The notes under the pieces: generated by a model
What the model saw: only the letters and a program-made list of their open reading frames with translations
What the model was told of the DNA's origin: nothing
The model's database searches: none
Shown: positions 18,959 through 27,017 of the stretch, piece after piece
Numbering within the stretch: the stretch's first letter is position 1
Layout: every line of letters begins with the position of its first letter
Translations under genes and position numbers: made by a program
DNA from: an uncultured archaeon
GTDB lineage: Archaea > Aenigmatarchaeota > Aenigmatarchaeia > QMZP01
Assembly (NCBI GenBank): GCA_964353635.1
Contig: CAYGVS010000003.1
Coordinates: 1 to 60,973, forward strand
DNA: 60,973 nt
Reading direction: 5' to 3'

Positions 18959-19308
18959 TGACCATACAAGATGGCTTGAAAAGCGGAATTATTGAGTTCG
19001 AGCAGTCTGCAAGGGAAGAGGAGGCCAAAGGAAGGAATAGGGCTGCGGCCACCCTGTATTTCAAGGCCATTGCCACAGTATGCGATTATGTGATATATCA
19101 AAAGCTCAGGAAGATCCCGGACAACCATGCGGAGAGGTTCAGGATACTTGAAAGCCATTTCATCCTGCTTTATCGGGTGATAGACAGCATTTTCTCAACC
19201 TACCTGCAGACATACCGTTCCGGCATAAGCCAGGAGCAGATGGAGATGATGAAAGATGCTTTCAGAAAGGCTAAAAAGCTTGCAGAGTCTGTCGAGAAAT
19301 GTCTGTAA
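18958..19308 (+). CDS. HEPN-domain-like protein (putative toxin partner of the downstream nucleotidyltransferase)
   Basis: All-helical 116 aa. AATLYFKAIATVCDYVIYQKLRKIPDNHAERFRILESH resembles the HEPN helix-H motif (R-x6-H present). It is paired with a minimal NTase gene. Confidence 0.55.
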   Translation: MTIQDGLKSGIIEFEQSAREEEAKGRNRAAATLYFKAIATVCDYVIYQKLRKIPDNHAERFRILESHFILLYRVIDSIFSTYLQTYRSGISQEQMEMMKDAFRKAKKLAESVEKCL

Positions 19309-19804
19309 AGCCGAGAAGTCTGTGTTTGATGTGGTGCTTTTCGGCTCCTCCATAAAGGAAAAGTACAGGCCGGGGGACATTGACATATGCATAATATTCA
19401 GGCAGGAGATGGAAGAGCGTAAGAGAGAAAGGATAGCGGAAGTTTTTAAAGGATGCCATGTGGAGCATCTTTTCCTTCATGAATTGTACAAGGAGCCATT
19501 ATGGCAGACGCTCATCCATGAAGGGTTTAGCTTGGTGAAAAACAAGTTTGTCCACGAAATCTTCGGATTCGATTCACAGATTATTTTCAGATACGATTTG
19601 AAAAAACTAGACTCTGTAAAGAAATCAATGTTTTCCCATGCATTGGTTGGGAGGGATGGAGAAGGAGGGGTACTCAGGCAAACAAAAGGCATTGTCCTGG
19701 GAAAAGGATGTGTCATGATTCCTGCGGAGGCTTCAGAAAAAATAAGGGAGTTCCTTGAGACGTGGGGAGTGGAGTACTCTGTTATGAAGGCTTTAGTATC
19801 ATGA
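19256..19804 (+). CDS. Minimal nucleotidyltransferase (Pol-beta superfamily, MNT-like)
   Basis: LFGSSIKEKYRPGDIDICIIF is the hG[GS]-x(9-13)-DhD NTase signature. The start is uncertain: the ATG at 19256 overlaps HEPN by 53 nt, and a GTG at 19322 is the alternative. Confidence 0.7.
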   Translation: MLSERLKSLQSLSRNVCKAEKSVFDVVLFGSSIKEKYRPGDIDICIIFRQEMEERKRERIAEVFKGCHVEHLFLHELYKEPLWQTLIHEGFSLVKNKFVHEIFGFDSQIIFRYDLKKLDSVKKSMFSHALVGRDGEGGVLRQTKGIVLGKGCVMIPAEASEKIREFLETWGVEYSVMKALVS

Positions 19805-19856
19805 TTAATTCTTGGGTATTATTGATTATTTTCTTAAAGATATAACAAGTCTACTG

Positions 19857-20078
19857 CAATAATTAATATATGAAATCCGTTTTGCTTGGTTTTACCCTGG
19901 CGCTTTTCTTTGTTTCAGGGAGCGCACATGCGCTCAAGCTCACCGACGGCCTCTACTTCACAGTGCTGCCCAACTCTACTGCTGAGGTGTATTTCATACT
20001 TCCCGATGATGTGGGTACTGGGATGGGGAAGGCTGACTATTTTATCACCACAACCGCTATCCCGGATTGGGACAGGGA
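19857..20078 (+). repeat. Direct repeat copy B (start of the intact surface-protein gene)
   Basis: See copy A at 18570-18791. Confidence 0.85.
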
Positions 20079-21288
20079 CCTTACCCAGAGGACTATATCC
20101 ACGGACATTAACAACACTGCAATAATACCCATAAGGTTCTTCACAGTAGGCAAGTCTGAGGGGGAGTGCTCCAATTATAGTGTGGCCATACAGGCGCCAA
20201 GCCTGGGCTTGTCCAGGTCATGGAAAGGCGGGATATGCGTTTCTAAGTACATGGATGTGGACATTGTTACAGGCCCTGTATCAGGCCCTAAGGAGGCCCT
20301 GAACCAGAATGTGGACCTGTTCAGCCTGGGTTTCAGGACAGCCTCCAAGGCAGTCAAGCCTGGCGAGAACTTTTCACTTGAGCTTCTAGTCCAGTCCCAG
20401 GCAAGCCTCACAATAGATGTAAGTGTGGCTTCTGATGTCCAGCTGGCGCAGAAGAGCTTCATGCTGCAGACAGGCAAGGTCTCTGGAGCCAGCACGCTCA
20501 TGCTGGAAGGCACAGCAGGGGCAGCTGGAACCTACCAGATAAGGGCGACTGCGAAAGCCAGGAGCTGCACGCTTAGTTCATGCACAAAGCAAGCATCCAT
20601 GACCCTTGATGTTTCTGATTCAGGCCCGAAGAGCGGTTATTCTGTCTCAATATTCCCTGAGAACCTTGCAATTAAGAGCCTTGCGCCTGTGATTTATTCC
20701 TTTATAATCCAGAACAATTACCAAGCAGAGGCAAGCTTCGTGACCAGGGTGGAGAAGCCCTATGACTTAGACAGCTCCTTCGTGATAGATACTTTTGCAA
20801 TCCCGGCGCTCTCTGAGAAGACAGTGAATTTCACAGTCACGCCAAGGAACCAGACAGGATTCTATGAGATAAAGGTCATTGTGAACGCCAATGATATGGA
20901 GAAGGTTGCCTCAGCCTATCTGTCCACTAACGAGATGGTTTCCGATGTCTACAGGAGCGCTGATGAGGTCCGCTCCCAGGCCAGCACTGCTGTGAAGGCA
21001 GAGGTGGACAGCAAGGTGAAGACGTGGTACAGCTCCTACACCAAGTCAGAATACGGCTCCAACATGACAGCTTATGCAAGCCTTCAGAAGGACCTGGAAT
21101 CGGAAAAAGGGCAGTCAAATCAGACAGAAATCCCTGAGAACGAAACTGGGGAGGAGCCTGCTCCGGCCAGCCCTCTTGGGATGATAGTTATACCTGTTAT
21201 CATTGGTGTGGCTGTCCTTTTCGTTCTGCTATTCATGAGAAAGAGGCAAGGCAAAGAAGGAGACAGCCTGGACAGCATAAAGTTCTGA
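19870..21288 (+). CDS. Secreted surface protein with C-terminal TM anchor (472 aa)
   Basis: Signal peptide MKSVLLGFTLALFFVSGSAHA. The beta-rich body carries sequons. C-terminal helix GMIVIPVIIGVAVLFVLLF followed by MRKRQGKE. Confidence 0.8.
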   Translation: MKSVLLGFTLALFFVSGSAHALKLTDGLYFTVLPNSTAEVYFILPDDVGTGMGKADYFITTTAIPDWDRDLTQRTISTDINNTAIIPIRFFTVGKSEGECSNYSVAIQAPSLGLSRSWKGGICVSKYMDVDIVTGPVSGPKEALNQNVDLFSLGFRTASKAVKPGENFSLELLVQSQASLTIDVSVASDVQLAQKSFMLQTGKVSGASTLMLEGTAGAAGTYQIRATAKARSCTLSSCTKQASMTLDVSDSGPKSGYSVSIFPENLAIKSLAPVIYSFIIQNNYQAEASFVTRVEKPYDLDSSFVIDTFAIPALSEKTVNFTVTPRNQTGFYEIKVIVNANDMEKVASAYLSTNEMVSDVYRSADEVRSQASTAVKAEVDSKVKTWYSSYTKSEYGSNMTAYASLQKDLESEKGQSNQTEIPENETGEEPAPASPLGMIVIPVIIGVAVLFVLLFMRKRQGKEGDSLDSIKF

Positions 21289-21316
21289 TAAAATATTCTG
21301 AAAGTGATTGATTGGA

Positions 21317-21336
21317 AAAGTGACTCTTGTCACTTT
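21317..21336. repeat. Hairpin of the GAAR-N5-tctt-N5-YTTC family between convergent genes
   Basis: aaagtgac-tctt-gtcacttt has an 8-bp perfect stem. The loop (tctt) and design match the hairpins at 32202 and 32390. Confidence 0.5.
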
Positions 21337-21347
21337 CTGTCCAATGT

Positions 21348-23018
21348 TTAGTAAAAGTCTTCATCGGAGAATTCGTCCTCTCCCTCTTCAGCAGGGGCGT
21401 CCAGCTCCTCATCGCCGCCGCCCTTCTTCTTGAATTTCTTGAACACGAAGAACCCGACGACTGCAGCTGCTGCCACGCCGCCTATGATGATGGCGATGGT
21501 CACAAAATCTATTCCTTCTGATGAGGTTTTATTGGTCTCACATATATAAAGGGTAGAGCATGTCTCACCTGCTGTTGTGTCACAATCCTCGTTTGTGCAG
21601 CAGTCCACACAACTCTCGCTGCAGCACACGCCTGAGGTGCATGAGTCACCATCCGCCTTCCCGGAGCACTCGCTCTGCTGCTGACAGCTGTTGTAGGAGC
21701 ACGTGCCTGAGGTGCAGTCCGGGTCAGAGCAGCATTCCCCTCCTGCTATGCATGACCCTGAGCAGCATCTGCCTCCTGTGCATGCGGTCATGTCAGCCTT
21801 GCCTTCGCATTCTCCGGGAATCACAGAAGCCTCGCACTTGAATGAGGACGAGCACTTTTCTGCATAGCCGCAGTCCGAAACAGAGCAGCAATTCGCCCCA
21901 TTCTTCCTGCACACCTCTGCGCAGCATATTCCGCCAAGGCACTCTGCCTTGTCAGGCTTCCCTGTGCACGTGGTGTAGTCACCGCCAATCACGCTGATGC
22001 TAAATTCCATGGGTATCTGGAACTGTTGCACTATATTAGATGACATGGTTACTGTTGTTGATATATTCATGTCATCCTGTATGTTTTTCAGGGTGATTAT
22101 CAGGAAAGTGCTCTCGTTCGGCTTAAGGCTCGTGCTTTCTGCACTTATGCTTATGTAGTTGTTTACGTCAACAGGATCTGTGGAAAGAACAAAATTTATT
22201 GCGGTGATGTTTTCCGTCCCTGTGTTCGTCAGCTTGAATTTCTTGAGGGTGAAGGTCTGGCCAGAGTTTATGGTGGTTGCATAAACTATCTTGTTCACGG
22301 CCTGACATGAGTTTACTGTGCAGGATTCGAGGCTTATCTTTCCTTCAGAGGGTATGCCTTGCCCCACAGTTACTCTTGAGACGCCTCCGCCAAAATCAGT
22401 GGAGCTGCTAGCTGAGAAGGCTATGTAATATTCCCCGTTGGTAAGCGTTATATTGGCTGGATATCCAAAAAGCTGAGGATTGTAAATTATTGTTCCGCTT
22501 TTCACAAAATTAGAGATGTCTGCTGTGTTGTATACTTTATATGAAATTGAGTTTGGATTTCCTTTGGCCTGTGCTAAGATGTAAACATTTTGACCTATCA
22601 CATCTATCCTGCTTGTTATTGTTATACCTCCAACTGTAAGATTTAGTGTTGTATTTTCCGTTTGTTCATATTGATTGAAAGCTGTAATCCGAACTTCGTA
22701 TGGAATTCCCCACTCTGCAGAAGAATATTTGAATATACTAGGACCACAATTTTGTTGTGGGTCTGTATTTGAAAAATAGCACAGATACTCATTAATTTCA
22801 GTGTTATATGGGATGCCTCTCACACCGCTTTCCACGCCAGGAACTATCATTGTAACGCCGACAATCTCTGTTGGTGTTGCGTGAGGATTTATTGTAACAA
22901 TAAAACTGGAATTCGCCGATATCTTGTCCGGGATGAAAGTCACGTCAGGCGTCAGTATCGCTCCTGCGAAAGGAGCCAGCAGGAGAAAAGCTAGAAGCCC
23001 TGAGAGTGGGATTTTCAT
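21348..23018 (-). CDS. Surface protein with triple cysteine-rich repeat stalk, TM anchor and acidic cytoplasmic tail (556 aa)
   Basis: Signal peptide MKIPLSGLLAFLLLAPFAGA. Three tandem C-x-GK-x-D-x3-C-x-GG-x-CC repeats (about nt 21530-21975). Helix IAIIIGGVAAAAVVGFFVF, then KKFKKKGGGDEELD...DEDFY. Confidence 0.8.
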   Translation of the reverse strand: MKIPLSGLLAFLLLAPFAGAILTPDVTFIPDKISANSSFIVTINPHATPTEIVGVTMIVPGVESGVRGIPYNTEINEYLCYFSNTDPQQNCGPSIFKYSSAEWGIPYEVRITAFNQYEQTENTTLNLTVGGITITSRIDVIGQNVYILAQAKGNPNSISYKVYNTADISNFVKSGTIIYNPQLFGYPANITLTNGEYYIAFSASSSTDFGGGVSRVTVGQGIPSEGKISLESCTVNSCQAVNKIVYATTINSGQTFTLKKFKLTNTGTENITAINFVLSTDPVDVNNYISISAESTSLKPNESTFLIITLKNIQDDMNISTTVTMSSNIVQQFQIPMEFSISVIGGDYTTCTGKPDKAECLGGICCAEVCRKNGANCCSVSDCGYAEKCSSSFKCEASVIPGECEGKADMTACTGGRCCSGSCIAGGECCSDPDCTSGTCSYNSCQQQSECSGKADGDSCTSGVCCSESCVDCCTNEDCDTTAGETCSTLYICETNKTSSEGIDFVTIAIIIGGVAAAAVVGFFVFKKFKKKGGGDEELDAPAEEGEDEFSDEDFY

Positions 23019-23077
23019 ATATATTATATTGGCTCGGCTTATATAAACAATTTAAACCTGGGCGGAGAATATTGGTT

Positions 23078-23398
23078 ATGGTTTCGTTCAAGCAGTTCCA
23101 GGAGATGGACCTTCGTGTTGGGAAGGTGCTTTCAGCAGAAGGCGTGCCAGGGGCTGACAAGCTCTATAAGTTGACTGTGGACATGGGAGAGAAGAAGATA
23201 ACCCTGGTCGCAGGCCTCAAGCCTTACTATACCCCTGAGGAGATCAAAGGTAAGAAGATAATAGTCGTTGCGAATCTTGACCCGGTGATTCTGAAGGGGG
23301 TCAAATCAGAGGGCATGCTGCTTGCAGCCCAGGACGGCAAGGTAGTGAGCCTGCTGACTGTGGACAAGGATGTGAAGCCCGGCTCCAAGGTATCCTGA
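23078..23398 (+). CDS. tRNA-binding domain protein (Trbp111/CsaA-like OB fold)
   Basis: FKQFQEMDLRVGKVLSAEGVPGADKLYKLTVDMGEKKITLVAGLKPYYTPEEIKGKKIIVVANLDP..KG.KSEGMLLAA matches the EMAP/Trbp111 pattern. The ATG at 23078 is chosen because the longer track ORF (23006) overlaps the divergent gene and a ttatataaac box. Confidence 0.8.
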   Translation: MVSFKQFQEMDLRVGKVLSAEGVPGADKLYKLTVDMGEKKITLVAGLKPYYTPEEIKGKKIIVVANLDPVILKGVKSEGMLLAAQDGKVVSLLTVDKDVKPGSKVS

Positions 23399-23452
23399 CC
23401 TGGAAGGAAGTAATTGCATCATTAGCGGCTTGTTGTTAAGAAGTTGATTATC

Positions 23453-24148
23453 ATGGAAGCGCAGAAAGTCCTTAAAGGGGAGAAGGTTGTCATCCTGGCA
23501 GACCACAGGGAGATAGCCTCCAATGTGACAAGGCATCTCAGAAGCTTTGATGCTGATGTCAGGGAGTCCCAGCTTAAAGTAGGGGATTACATTGTCTCTG
23601 AGAGGGTTGCTGTGGAGAGGAAGGCCATCCAGGATTTCATACAATCCATCATCGACCAGAGACTCTTCAAGCAGCTGGAGGAGCTTACCTGCTCCTATGA
23701 GAGGCCTGTGGTCATGCTTGAAGGCAACCCTGAGGCTTTGTTCCTGGAGAGGAACATGCATGCCAACACAATACGTGGAGTCCTCTCCTCCGTAGCAATT
23801 GACTACAGGGTCCCTCTTATGTGGACCCGCAACTCAAAGGAGAGCGCAGCCCAGATATACTGGATGGCTTACAGGGAGCAGGTAAAGGAGAGTAAGGAAC
23901 TGCAGATAAGATGCAGCAAGAGGAACCATACGCTTGCGCACAAGCAGGAGTTTCTGATTGCGGGCCTCCCGAACATCTCCAATGTCCTGAGCAGGAGGCT
24001 TCTAAGCCATTTCGGGACTGTGAGGGACGTCTATGACGCCACTCCGGAGGAGCTCGTGCAGGTGGAAGGGATTGGGAAGGAGAAGGCCAAGAGGATTTGG
24101 GATCTTATTAATTCGGGTTACAAGCGTGATAAAGAGGTGCAAGAATAG
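23453..24148 (+). CDS. XPF/ERCC4-type structure-specific nuclease (short archaeal form: nuclease + HhH2)
   Basis: ERCC4 motif GDYIVSERVAVERKAIQD. C-terminal tandem HhH LPNISNVLSRRLL..F / VEGIGKEKAKRIW. First ATG at 23453 (the track start at 23444 is TTG). Confidence 0.85.
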   Translation: MEAQKVLKGEKVVILADHREIASNVTRHLRSFDADVRESQLKVGDYIVSERVAVERKAIQDFIQSIIDQRLFKQLEELTCSYERPVVMLEGNPEALFLERNMHANTIRGVLSSVAIDYRVPLMWTRNSKESAAQIYWMAYREQVKESKELQIRCSKRNHTLAHKQEFLIAGLPNISNVLSRRLLSHFGTVRDVYDATPEELVQVEGIGKEKAKRIWDLINSGYKRDKEVQE

Positions 24149-24178
24149 TCTCTATTCAGGCTGATTTTATAAGCATGC

Positions 24179-24538
24179 ATGACAATTCTTTTTATGGCAG
24201 TCGACATGGTTTACGACCTGCTCAAGAAGCACAACCCTATGCTGGCTTGCGTGATAGAAGGCCATGATATCCTTTACTGCGCTGAAAAATATCAGATTTA
24301 TGTTAAGGATGCTCATTATCAGAGCAACGGTCAACACATCCGCTCAAATCCTTTCTATCACATGGCTCATATCTCCCACAGGGAAAGAGCAAAAGCCAAA
24401 CCGGATATCGTAAAGCACTTTTCTAAAGGCAACTCGAAAAAGCACGAGCCAAATGCGGTATCCATACCACATTCTGTATATGACCGCGACCGCAGAAGAA
24501 AAATCGAGAAACAGCCATATTCTTCCTTGTTCCGGTAA
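24179..24538 (+). CDS. Hypothetical His/basic-rich protein
   Basis: ORF only. It fills the gap between XPF and the convergent pyrG. No recognisable motif. Confidence 0.3.
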   Translation: MTILFMAVDMVYDLLKKHNPMLACVIEGHDILYCAEKYQIYVKDAHYQSNGQHIRSNPFYHMAHISHRERAKAKPDIVKHFSKGNSKKHEPNAVSIPHSVYDRDRRRKIEKQPYSSLFR

Positions 24539-24542
24539 AAGA

Positions 24543-26243
24543 TTACTTCAGGCACGCTTCCAGGAATCCCCTGAAGAGCGGATGCGGATTTATTGGTCTG
24601 GATGTGAGCTCGGGGTGGAATTGCGTTCCAAGGAAGAACTTCTTCCCAGGAAGCTCCATTATCTGCATTATCCTCTTCTCAGGAGCGCGGCCAGAGAAGA
24701 CCATCCCATTCTTTTCAAGGCACTCTATGTACTTTGGGTTTACGTTCCAGCGGTGGCGGAAGCGCTCTCGGGCATGGGTTTTCCCGTAGAGCTTGTGAGC
24801 CAGGCTGTCTTTCTCTATTAGCAGGTCGAAGCCTCCCAGCCTCATGGTGCCTCCCAAACCTTTTATCTCCTCCTGCTCCGGAAGGATGCAAATGACAGGG
24901 TTCGGCGTCTCATCATCTATCTCTGTTGTGTGCGCCCCTTTCAGGCCGCACGCATTCCGGGCGAACTCTATGACAGCCATCTGCATGCCGTAGCATAAAC
25001 CAAAGAAGGGTATATCATGCTCCCTGGCATACCGTATGCACTCTATCTTGCCCTCGACCCCTCTCTCCCCGAAGCCTCCGGGAACTATAATCCCGTCCAC
25101 TCCCTCAAGCTTCTGCTTCACGTTCTCAGGGGTCACTGTGCTGGCCTCTATCCATTGTATCTTGGCTTTGGCACCAACGTAAGGGGAGGTGTGCTCTATT
25201 GCCTTGAGTATGCTCAAGTATGAGTCGTGCACAGTGGTGTACTTACCCACTATGCCTATGGTTATCTCCTTTTTGGCTGAGTTTATCTTCTTCACAAGCT
25301 CTTTCCACTTTTCATAATCCGCCATGTCGCCGTTCTTCTTCCTTGGAAGGTTGAGTATCTTTATTATCTCCTCGTCTATGCCAGTATCCTGAAGGAACAT
25401 GGGTATCTTGTAGATGTTGTCGATGTCATAGCAGCTAATCACCCTCTCCAAAGGCACGTTGGAGTATATGCTAATCTTCTCCCGGACCTTCTCGTTCACA
25501 GGGTTCTCGCTCCTGCATATCACTATGTTCGGCTGTATCCCCAATCCCATCAGGGTCCTGAGGCCAAGCTGGGCGGCCTTGCTCTTGTGCTCCCCCAGCG
25601 AGCGGGGCTGAAGGATGTAGGTAACTGTCACAAAGCACACGTTCTCCCTGCCCTCCTCATAAGCAAGCTCCCTCATGGCCTCAAGGAAGTATGAATTCTC
25701 GATATCCCCCACTGTCCCGCCAACCTCCACCAGCACCACATCAGCATCAGAGCCCACTGCCAGGCTCCTGAGGAATCCCTTTATCTCGCCTGTCACATGC
25801 GGGACGAACTGCACATCCCTGCCCAGGTATTTGCCAGCGCGCTCCTTGTCTATTATCATCTTGAAAATCTTCCCTGAGGTGAGGTAGTTGTCTTTCGAGA
25901 AGTTCGCGTTCATCATCCGCTCATAAGTCCCCAGGTCCAGGTCGCACTCAGTCCCGTCATCCAGCACGAACACCTCGCCATGCCTGAACGGGTTGAGGGT
26001 TCCTGCATCATAGTTGAGGTAGCCGTCAAACTTCACAGGCGAGACTCTGTAACCATGGAAGAGCTTGAGGAGTGTGCCTATGGAGGAGGAGAAGGTCCCT
26101 TTTCCAACCCCTGAAATCACTGTGCCTGTTATTATTATGTATTTGGTCCTGCCCTTCTGGTAGCCCTTGGGGAAGGAAGAAAAGAACTCGCTGTCATCTG
26201 ATTTCTTGGAGACAGCTTTGAGCATCTCATGGGATTCTGGCAT
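24543..26243 (-). CDS. pyrG: CTP synthase
   Basis: N-terminal synthetase P-loop region KYIIITGTVISGVGKG. C-terminal glutamine amidotransferase GLCYGMQ...HPE. It has a ~30-aa N-terminal extension. Confidence 0.9.
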   Translation of the reverse strand: MPESHEMLKAVSKKSDDSEFFSSFPKGYQKGRTKYIIITGTVISGVGKGTFSSSIGTLLKLFHGYRVSPVKFDGYLNYDAGTLNPFRHGEVFVLDDGTECDLDLGTYERMMNANFSKDNYLTSGKIFKMIIDKERAGKYLGRDVQFVPHVTGEIKGFLRSLAVGSDADVVLVEVGGTVGDIENSYFLEAMRELAYEEGRENVCFVTVTYILQPRSLGEHKSKAAQLGLRTLMGLGIQPNIVICRSENPVNEKVREKISIYSNVPLERVISCYDIDNIYKIPMFLQDTGIDEEIIKILNLPRKKNGDMADYEKWKELVKKINSAKKEITIGIVGKYTTVHDSYLSILKAIEHTSPYVGAKAKIQWIEASTVTPENVKQKLEGVDGIIVPGGFGERGVEGKIECIRYAREHDIPFFGLCYGMQMAVIEFARNACGLKGAHTTEIDDETPNPVICILPEQEEIKGLGGTMRLGGFDLLIEKDSLAHKLYGKTHARERFRHRWNVNPKYIECLEKNGMVFSGRAPEKRIMQIMELPGKKFFLGTQFHPELTSRPINPHPLFRGFLEACLK

Positions 26244-26302
26244 AATATATTAGGAGGCTAAAAAGATAAAAAGGTTGAAAGAAAGAAAAGAATCTTCCCG
26301 CT

Positions 26303-26599
26303 TTACTTCTTGCTGCCCTCGCCCACAAGCCTCTTCCCTATTATGAAGACCACAAGCAGGATTATTATCCAGTTTATCAGCTGCATCATGAAGTCTCCAA
26401 CAAGGAACTTGGATGGGCCGACATCTACTGATGTTGCTGGGTTTAGGAAGTTAAGGTAGGGTCCGTATATTGGCGTTATGATGTCCTTTACCAAAGCCTG
26501 CACTAATGCTGCTGTGGCAATACCAACTATGAATGCAAGGGCCACAGAAATGATCTTCTGCTCTTTCATATAGTCCATGAATTCCTTCATGAAACCCAT
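26303..26599 (-). CDS. mscL: Large-conductance mechanosensitive channel
   Basis: MGFMKEF..Y.K.....VALAFIVGIATAALVQALVKDIITPIYG...VGDFMMQLINWIIILLVVFIIGKRL parallels the MscL TM1-loop-TM2 layout. A gaggtgat SD lies 4 nt upstream. Confidence 0.8.
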   Translation of the reverse strand: MGFMKEFMDYMKEQKIISVALAFIVGIATAALVQALVKDIITPIYGPYLNFLNPATSVDVGPSKFLVGDFMMQLINWIIILLVVFIIGKRLVGEGSKK

Positions 26600-26667
26600 T
26601 GAATCACCTCAGGATTAGTTAAAAAGATAGATTATAAGCTTTTTGTCGAATAGAAATCAGGCTCTGA

Positions 26668-26952
26668 TTAATCATGTTCTCTGACAGAGGTTATGGCTTT
26701 CTGCGGGCAGACTTCCACGCAGATCAGGCAGCCTTTACAGACTTGATCATCCCAGACAGGCTTTCCTTTCCAATGGATGGCTGTATCAGGGCACATGAGC
26801 CAGCATTGCTTGCACTTCACGCATTTCTTCATGTCCCAAACAGGCCTGAACACCCTCCAGGCGCCAGTCCTCACCTCAACGGAGTTCCCCGGCTTCTCCA
26901 TGTGGGGGACGCCTTTGGACTTCTCGTACTTAATGCTGGATTCCTCAATCAT
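26668..26952 (-). CDS. porD: 2-oxoacid:ferredoxin oxidoreductase delta subunit (2x[4Fe-4S] ferredoxin-like)
   Basis: GAWRVFRPVWDMKKCVKCKQCWLMCPD...QVCKGCLICVEVCPQKAI matches the PorD pattern. Confidence 0.8.
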   Translation of the reverse strand: MIEESSIKYEKSKGVPHMEKPGNSVEVRTGAWRVFRPVWDMKKCVKCKQCWLMCPDTAIHWKGKPVWDDQVCKGCLICVEVCPQKAITSVREHD

Positions 26953-27017
26953 TCGCTTCGTCCTTTGAATTCACTCTTTTATTATTGTCTTGGTCTGAAT
27001 AAATATAGGGCAAGCTT

